A stretch of 38,824 nt of DNA, taken from NCBI GenBank assembly GCA_947625955.1, contig CANQQH010000001.1:1-38824 (forward strand), in the 5' to 3' direction. Shown here in pieces: positions 37,901-38,824 of this stretch. The stretch's first letter is position 1; each line of letters starts with the position of its first letter. The DNA comes from an uncultured Clostridia bacterium (GTDB lineage Bacteria; Bacillota; Clostridia; Christensenellales; UBA1242). The position numbers and the translations under genes were made by a program. The notes beneath the pieces are model-generated. The model was not told the DNA's origin, did not search any database, and saw only the letters and a list, made by a program, of their open reading frames with translations.

Positions 37901-38824
37901 CTAGCAAGGCATATATCGCATTTGCTGGCGAGGCCGTTGAAGGAACAACAACAACCGAGAAGACTGCGCAATATAACGCACAATTTAGAGTTGTTGCAGT
38001 CCCTGAGGCAGGCTACCACTTCATGGGATGGTATGCAACCACCACAGACGGCGGCAACTATAAGAGCGGCAGCACGACCTACACAGGCAACATGCCACCT
38101 CTAACCAACAACGGAGACGAATATGTTCTCATCGCCGTGTTCGAAATCGACACCTACACGCTCGAGCTCCATGTTGTTGCCTTTGGTGGCGACCAAGCGC
38201 TTGAAGGGGAATTTGGCAACACAGCATTGCCAAAAACAAGCTCTGTCAAGTTCGGCGACGATGCTCAAATCACCGCAACCGCAGCAGACGGCTTCACATT
38301 CAAGGGCTGGTTCAAGAACTCTAACTGCTCCGGAGGTGCAGTCAACACCGGAAAAGAATTTGAGTTCCACATTGACGACCAAGGCGAGAACGGAGCAACA
38401 ATCGACCTCTATGCGAAGTTTGTTGCCAACACCTACACCGTTTCCTACGACGCTAACTATGGCGATAAAGTAGGCGGCTCAGGTTCAACCGACACAACAA
38501 CTCACATCTTTGGTCAAAAATCTCAACTTGCACAATGCGGCTTCACCCTTCCTGGCTACTACTTCAAGGGTTGGAGCGAAACACAAGTCGAGGGCGAGAA
38601 ACTCTATGAGGGTGGCGAAGCTCTCGAAACCGACCTCAGCACAGTAGAAGGCGACGAAAAGACCCTCTATGCAATCTGGGGCGAGAATCAATATTCAATC
38701 AAGTATAACGGGCTTGACGATGTAACCGAGACCAAGGGCTACACAGAGTCCTTCACACCAAATAATGGCGCAACCCTTTCACAAGTTGAAGGCAAGCACT
38801 TCATTGGTTGGGCTCTCACCGACG
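19924..38824 (+). CDS. Giant modular cell-surface protein, 5' part only (6300 codons visible, 3' end beyond the window); putative adhesin or fibre
   Basis: I translated frame +1 by hand from ATG 19924. An SD-like AAGGTGG ends 5 nt upstream, and an in-frame TAA at 19879-19881 bounds the ORF. The product starts MSELNQEQTQEQNQEKKGMKKGAKITLLILSLLFFLGAIITPILMF... and runs without a stop to ...EGKHFIGWALTD at 38823. All + strand track ORFs from 20237 to 38473 are in frame +2 and none is in frame +1, as expected for one unterminated ORF. Confidence 0.95.
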   Translation, partial: MSELNQEQTQEQNQEKKGMKKGAKITLLILSLLFFLGAIITPILMFTLPGKTNVRETQIGGFIVRYDAAANVYDIFRYVGDDVDVVVPAELDGIPVRDILSGAFSASSRDANRNIKSVEIEDGIRNIGDGAFKDCESLEKLVFPQSVGEVGAGAFEGSGVQELVVEDASRLRFKSGALEGAEHLKKLTITGAGEDNTIGKDSLGDLSGNITDVEIGKDVNIGDGAFAGASNLTTLYVYNYSALEVNESAFVGSNINTLVIYHAEDTLTSDFMQKFFDAKLSRLANVVLDPDINKIGAEAFIRFPTLISVTVGNGTKIDISSFPAAADMQKDFRIHFSGEGEFSLEITHDTRRPSYDTITSAFANLFADFNNITSLKLDENFKAISNNAFANFTSLKLLDFGERSMVEIIADNAFGSYDSVEGRLDVLGPRADHNAKMDATIGSAINPVYAAFNKQYIDYYKRNSYNGSSELGYYRVSLDYTHKFSDSDVIPGAAVPEIFPLTLYVGYEDVLLDKLPIGGTDDTRWYVEGYTLVGWKLADGSSLSNQTIGDLGEVITLYAVWISGNYTRYRIEYYVQDVFDEGLYAIYGNPFVEGEGGPVYKTGTTDTIIDVITDPEYQSYVAEIEGFTFDRNNNQNVTRISINANGQSVLKLYYTRNKYKLYFDFNDKASDGFTPVDESKLSLGDIKTDGNGRYIEIKYRAPYTDLLDLSNARPGYRFDGWSFDPENRDPARVVNPTTTHDFASDKTLYATFTAQTTTYKIEHYLENIADEGYTHEPRLDSTVQIATDAMVNQEADHINGFIFDTDNELNNNGVRAHGFFEGEEGQTIIKLYYNRERYTLVFDVNKGTGSTEINVQEGSSLRHEDVKFGDKYSNFFPTLTRDGYTFDSFNTLADGRGTKITNATLVNEEAIVGKTQTLYAIWKANTYTVVYHANNSSLEELTESETKTFDVSFNLKMKPANFVYAGHTFKYWCLNPSDDAGYAHYDQNQEVSNLSTEANGTVDLYAIWTANNYYIVYHGGDQGAYAEPEMERTTATFGESFTLRENTFVFAGHKFLGWNKNESQAKEGRVEYTDGATIEANLCEDSGGIVNLYAVWEVFKFTLTYDKNGGNIKGGAATTQEVNYTDTINLANGDELFERPGYTFDGWSRNKASKQYSSNASIKISEIAGNTQNGEAITFYAIWKTISYKFTIHSGLEQDKTAERHFTVEDSIDRESLEAEFGNTGYSIIGFATSKGGENVPGLEANISQWILSQETTEFEIWALWTANVATNYNIQIFFEEVIESGRTQTRYPQAPNITDTETGMTGKYATLSDEAARAKYASQYASLFVGHVLDEEKSETNKQIEGNGQTTLKLYYKLATYNVKLKENKAELSTGAITGFVNDQEVQVTYKLPYGSLPETGDVSRQGYTFKGWSKTANGDEMVTNTTIYETDSDSELFAIWEKKSIEYSVEYYKKSLAGEYEKDMVESYTASALVDTLVTAQSKTFDGFTLNEEAEGTLTSSNNNAEGVTLKLFYDRQNITLEFVYDDESGEEQVAGQSTKPFGTKESVESLDIPTPKKDGYTFEYWVDGNGEQISEVEFKTNAEKPKAQFRENAYTIEIEENGGTLAINNKVRMTALYVWEGNRIVVKYTETLDLSEIANKLTRTGYTLLGFDYTQKLDDPTYSVEADISSLQVEDVVKAAPNAESPYPETTINLYAIWQINSYTITYRYGSEGDVVDGPFVYDTLHELKGTDTFTRTGYSYTHWKEVGGEEGRYEASTSIKIPAHNMILTPDWIAAKFDVKYDANAKTYHKDSSPITSRVEGATQNTTLTYDGSGTIKQNGYILKGYTFQHWNSKADDKGTIYTENQPLESGAINQLFNDAEAGVVTLYAIWQRNTYDLVIDATSNTSAKPSTATKKLTYDEEFLLTDSIPELAITAKGYKLKGYNTNKEQAIAGNVEDGYSAENLKVGVRIFNPTLNEQNQFVLYAVWEESGDVEYYIEHIKEDLTGGFTIIDKETAYGFVNAKGEATPRSYPGFTYAKGHEGEKPDGQIVAEGEPLTLKLFYTRNTYTVHFDLNDSGKSGTVSGAYNDILEVKFEQVINDKSAIPQITKKGYNFLGWFTERTNGDELEAETTYTWADESTKTFYAHWEATTANYRVEHYLQQLDGEYPASVSDPQYYDIKSDTTDTSITLGSIQKEFDGFEYNHSIPPELGNIDGDGNKTIKLYYQRKTYSLEIQLEAGIKGVTATINPEAASSSKLVYEGVKFDASVTLEAELASKGYTFDGFYEQGQDNKFMEGSTFKMPNRNLTLVAKAIEKTYNITFDGNGADAGSETVSFTKKYTESLTTPSAAAFTKTGYTLVGWALDTAASRAQWGVSAETSVKAIVDAKNTDLTDITVYAVFSPITFTIIYNNNGGSGDMARSVFTYDQDAFLSECTFTKTGYTFEYWTAGAEESDKLYDDRENIKNKYDTKQEITIYAHWKAKDYVVTFDSNYQGGTQETTKHFTFDSKSNQMASALSRTGYNFKGWALNQYATSADFAADEVLEDNTISPNGDAVRVYAVWEAHTTIVTFEGNGAEEGNMLPQTLTYGKTNALKQKEFIRAGYKFIGWTEDQEKASRGEFDYADMANVNNKLYRANEEGTNGEPVTLYAVWEALDGITYKVEHWFEVLNEDEPDAAISFAKLPTQADDELTGKTGEMATASHRTVKGFRYEANYSNGDYVAKESGEILGNGTLVLKVYYLRETYTITFDSNVKGDLTGSIGELPGSVELKFEESYKKVLAAVMTREGYENAKWYLDADLESEIFAETKYDPDNGTTVYAKWEAQDVNYTIVYKVEQLNGTFEESEVPASDKADSKPVVVPSKDLGDVAGNYNVPGSKSQVIRADGKTRIEFEYTLKTIKLTLTKTTGVETFTASAEEYELALTGDYYMVKIGATVTIVATASNGYHITGYTKAGEPYSTLTFTMGSEELTIVATAEEYEYTIVYHAGKGTESSSIANGTVKYTKQLELSNGTGYTYEGHLFGGWSLTEEDQSVDFMGGTSYAGSALIKKAIEKSTNTGYDDTTIDLYAVWGADSYRVTYKNTGDDGKSDITNSYQFGSRQSALGANTFSKKGYHFEEWKDSNGETRYPVDQEFTIPAKNLTLEPVWIANTYYVHFEPGAGVTGGPMSDQEFTYGVSKNLSWNTYSKKGYTFGGWEYNGQTFADNDSVRDLTDKNGETITLNAKWNPATSSYKIYHVVENKKTTVPGHGFMPEGDYYIYQEEPLTGTTDSIVDATVTSAVYGKIAGFTYSEELTSALGKKSGQITSDDSLELILYYTRDQITITLKPDADSGVSGDQVELQFYFEESVVLPYAGFSKTGHKFDHWKEESSETTYQKDAQFNVPAEDITLVAIFVPEQYEVTFENHDETGSSRKETVTYGTDMQQLNSLNIPKRTGYKFLGYFDQEQDGTKYFDADGSVALDGGKWVILGETTLHAQWEAIEYIIYFDITSGATPGTKQINAKYMEDLQDLEAVPTRTGYDFAGWFYQGTKYFDGEGKAVEKDVNGKKWDVALSVHMQAQWTAHEYDVHYDRNGGLGGTDMADSHHVYGTKSKLSDCTYTKEGYTFGGWALTQELANQKQKAFDDGAEVETLVSENGGSQTLYAIWNANKYNVTLDNQSATVLGQTSIEVTFGEKSAKITRLPSKTGYTLLGYFTTPEVGDQDSAVQYFDGTGAQIKEWDKVVGAEGFTLYAHFAAANVNYTIKYYTQDKDGSGWTYMAGQDETKQASADTTITVELDSNKFTGFSAPTESLTLEVKADGSAEFEARYTRNKYTLTISRENGKGVNNVVSSKGSKQSGTAGGTDSIVYEIFYDVEFTLTASMKTGHTFLGFYQGEGKVSTDSQLTYTATMGTEAINIEARSRINTYTLKVYEHKDSEKFVTKTLNYDEEYALSNEAGSDIRVERAGYTFKGWSTTKTGVATYTEGNTVSMLTAQDGGTYELWAVWEVGTSTYTVHHIYEGLTDDDYTGSGSEEEGESFTITTSDSATTDKEVTASQNKKTGFTYNAEKTTADGKEKGTVTGDGKLELTLYYSRDKYSVSFDKNTVGTTGDITNDKELPSLEGVKFGSKIGDRLPEALERNGYDFAGWYVEPGNYLTPDSTMDWGSDTVIHAGWTAKQNTKYAIEYYIESEGGEDDGFTFHSKDENLEGTTDQVAPVVQKEIKGYHYDSANEKNKDNATTKVNGNGTTTLKVYYVKNGGIKVEVNDQELDGEYKTGDEVKIPAGTVTPETGKHVSGYESSTHPDVQFEIDPETGDATFKLPELGEGETFEVAPKFEDNKYFVKFNGNGASNLEAMPNQEFTYGTEDKLNANLFVRDGYDFGGWAESAEKAASGEVKYQNENEHILNLSETHNAVVEIFAIWTARQFTVHFHANGGSETMDDETYTFMSESETLKTNEFTLVGHHFMGWSVDADAASVTYEDNAKINLITNYKAELDLYAVWEANKVNVKYDANEGSGSVEGSEHTYGESSTLNDAGTLSRPGYTFEGWNSDQEAAKRGEVEFGNGETITDQFKNDDGDEVTLYAVWKARNDTKFTIEYYLEDLDATNELAGTYSKVASLTEELEGTTDTTYNVLTAPTSKYFQDGVKKEGVLPGYKFTSVDGQEKLSGVISATEKLVLKVYFTRDTVSLKFAADSENEENAGKHPEQSVLFGAKVDLPTNEFVKDGYTFAGWSDGKQTHQPQTKFEVPGEGQTLTATWTENSYTIAYEKGNGDSGEETSQTVHYEDGSVALSDGSHMTKLGYHFVGWTIQGTENVVSGTISVKELLQKSTISSPYANNSEITLVAKFDPNTNTKYTIKYWKMRYTGDGWLATERTTERPIATITSEGTTDDSVSVSPAYNYTGYKTPDAQQITIDADGNTTVDFEYLPQRITISFEANDPSGSGASLQGEMTAETYAYDANATIKTNAFKFESNTYTFLGWSKTVSPALNAAIDFGDNDPINSVIESMKSKDLELSLTLYAVWKKGESGVTIQVKTPNLGVDGTPNGQYTTTAKNVEVRTGDPFNLNDEKIAELHLIPEGFEKGSVQGGEIDKVEGNKTIVLTLVRKTYTATFKSGAVGVEDGNHTLTVHYGATLNQAIANYKIAEDSYGIYPCPYEYTGHKFSTWKVGGGDVKGSPTLIQGNIDVTADWAAITLVVEYAADGGSFVSGKSSKDARVTTNYDAEISLPKANELYTKTGYTLEGWKYNEGTKLAFGEDGSKSVKVSEIADALGLNKAANDGETLTLTADWREHTYTVHIDSNFGEFAAKGKLEFQDTKSNDFVLKYTESVVLNTIIKEISLEGHDFVNFSYGGNAKAVNSTFTLADSISKLTAQDQATVNLVANWSIHSYTLTITTNAGEHGKVELSGVDGLTTTLAYNASFTATATANKLSGYHFVGWYEGTDNEGRPLGADATLTMNMPALGEDGATYNVYAYFEVDTYNVEFSITAYTNDETEQLVGEFSGNKATLKKLVGGAAQEEAVQTIKFGELFTVTKDGIQKGFDFMGVKINGNPVEGSADSGYKVPAQSENGATIHIEARFYAVDFTLSFTSTEEAEIQTKGSLKASFTKTYNISDFVESATRKGYVIDGFDFNNKNYKESFTLNDEFFAEMEDYGTSIEFKAHWKAVEYTITYDANGGSGTATSTLDYATAGTLHDGTGFTMFGYKIVGWSKDSGKNTTTLALKANVTGQAVVEACGISPEQSEITLYAVWEAKDVTLTFEAPDANDNASSWTNWSNSFVEDGKGFIFATKFDEAIPTLPEPSRTGHSFLGWFDTDETKIGEKVNVEGGTYHANWKVNKYNVKTYVYAQTGSEAAVLTKAAAKITGETSVDFGKTTTLTANASEGYTFVGWYEGNGVNSEQLTSNVEANVLTTDEMGVDGLEYTALVKANAYKITVNAAGGRIALREGASNLGTTQIDAYWNRALKLEDKILSITKDGYTFLNVRSIDSKTYGLSDEILNLTSNDGGEVVLTAQWQIHTYNLKVQTEGGTAASKAYIAFAGEAVEGTTTTEKTAQYNAQFRVVAVPEAGYHFMGWYATTTDGGNYKSGSTTYTGNMPPLTNNGDEYVLIAVFEIDTYTLELHVVAFGGDQALEGEFGNTALPKTSSVKFGDDAQITATAADGFTFKGWFKNSNCSGGAVNTGKEFEFHIDDQGENGATIDLYAKFVANTYTVSYDANYGDKVGGSGSTDTTTHIFGQKSQLAQCGFTLPGYYFKGWSETQVEGEKLYEGGEALETDLSTVEGDEKTLYAIWGENQYSIKYNGLDDVTETKGYTESFTPNNGATLSQVEGKHFIGWALTD
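19996..20061 (+). other. N-terminal TM helix / signal anchor of the giant protein
   Basis: Residues 25-46 (ITLLILSLLFFLGAIITPILMF) follow a Lys-rich segment (EKKGMKKGAK). Confidence 0.8.
20176..21168 (+). repeat. BspA-type LRR region of the giant protein (residues ~85-415)
   Basis: Repeats such as VVVPAELDGIPVRDILSGAF, IKSVEIEDGIRNIGDGAFKDCESLEKLVFPQSVGEVGAGAF, ITSLKLDENFKAISNNAFANFTSLKLLDF. This is the same repeat type as the 13830-16448 protein. Confidence 0.75.
21343..38824 (+). repeat. Array of ~50 InlB-B-repeat (Flg_new and divergent Flg_new_2-like) modules interleaved with ~15 MucBP-like beta modules
   Basis: I counted by hand about 52 G[YH]xFxGW-type motifs, each followed ~30-45 aa later by an [LVI]YA[VI]W-type motif (period ~250-265 nt). 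About 15 modules run from YxxE[HY]Y... to ...LKLYYxRxxY. The exact 19-mer ctctatgctgtttgggaag (LYAVWE) recurs at 23197, 25825, 27817, 33298 and 37045. Confidence 0.85.

Noticed and set aside
20237-38691. All ~90 track ORFs (60-261 aa) lying inside 19.9-38.8 kb, e.g. 21089-21874 (+), 25756-26403 (-), 27460-27984 (-), 30343-30867 (-)
   Set aside because: Every + strand one is in frame +2 and the others are antisense to the continuous frame +1 ORF. Their translations are low-complexity (Ser/Thr/Gln/Lys-rich or Cys/Phe/Val-rich) and carry no motifs or SDs. They are shadow ORFs produced by the strong codon bias of the giant gene.
19924-38824. Alternative genetic code (stop-codon reassignment) as the reason the big gene is missing from the track
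   Set aside because: My frame +1 translation meets no TAA, TAG or TGA at all, and TGA and TAA terminate recognisable genes elsewhere in the window (e.g. TGA at 10843-10845 and 17921-17923, TAA at 1202-1204). The simpler explanation is that the ORF caller requires a stop inside the window.
1-38824. tRNA, rRNA, tmRNA, RNase P, transposase, integrase or known defence genes
   Set aside because: I found no T-loop (GGTTCGAATCC-like) or other signature sequences. None of the credible ORFs carries recombinase, nuclease or RT motifs.

Overview
This is a chromosomal segment from an AT-rich Bacillota genome, Clostridia-like and probably from an anaerobic, sporulation-lineage organism. It uses the standard genetic code: TAA and TGA terminate recognisable genes.

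Positions 1-19.4 kb hold ordinary housekeeping and envelope genes. They are ftsH with a translationally coupled unknown membrane protein, a YyaC-like protease, cvpA, parA-parB (soj-spo0J), rubrerythrin, a heterodimeric ABC exporter pair, a SpoIID/LytB lipoprotein, a BspA-type LRR surface protein, a CCA-adding enzyme, a micro-ORF and a VanW-family protein.

The dominant feature is absent from the supplied ORF track. Frame +1 is open from an SD-preceded ATG at 19924 to the last base of the window, giving 6300 codons with no stop. It encodes the N-terminal >6300 aa of a giant modular surface protein: a TM anchor, a BspA-type LRR domain, then about 50 InlB-B-repeat (Flg_new-type) modules interleaved with about 15 MucBP-like beta modules. 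The track misses it because the ORF has no stop inside the window. Every track ORF between 20237 and 38691 is a shadow ORF in frame +2 or antisense.

Other items worth a second look:
- a ~0.5 kb non-coding cassette at the left edge, bracketed by an inverted pair of near-identical hairpins and containing a 26-nt tandem repeat;
- a ~1.2 kb gene-free, strand-asymmetric island next to parB that carries three degenerate parS-like palindromes;
- an ABC half-transporter that lacks ~43 residues of its membrane domain relative to its partner.

I saw no rRNA, tRNA, CRISPR array, transposase or recognisable defence genes. Family assignments come from motif recognition by eye, not from searches.
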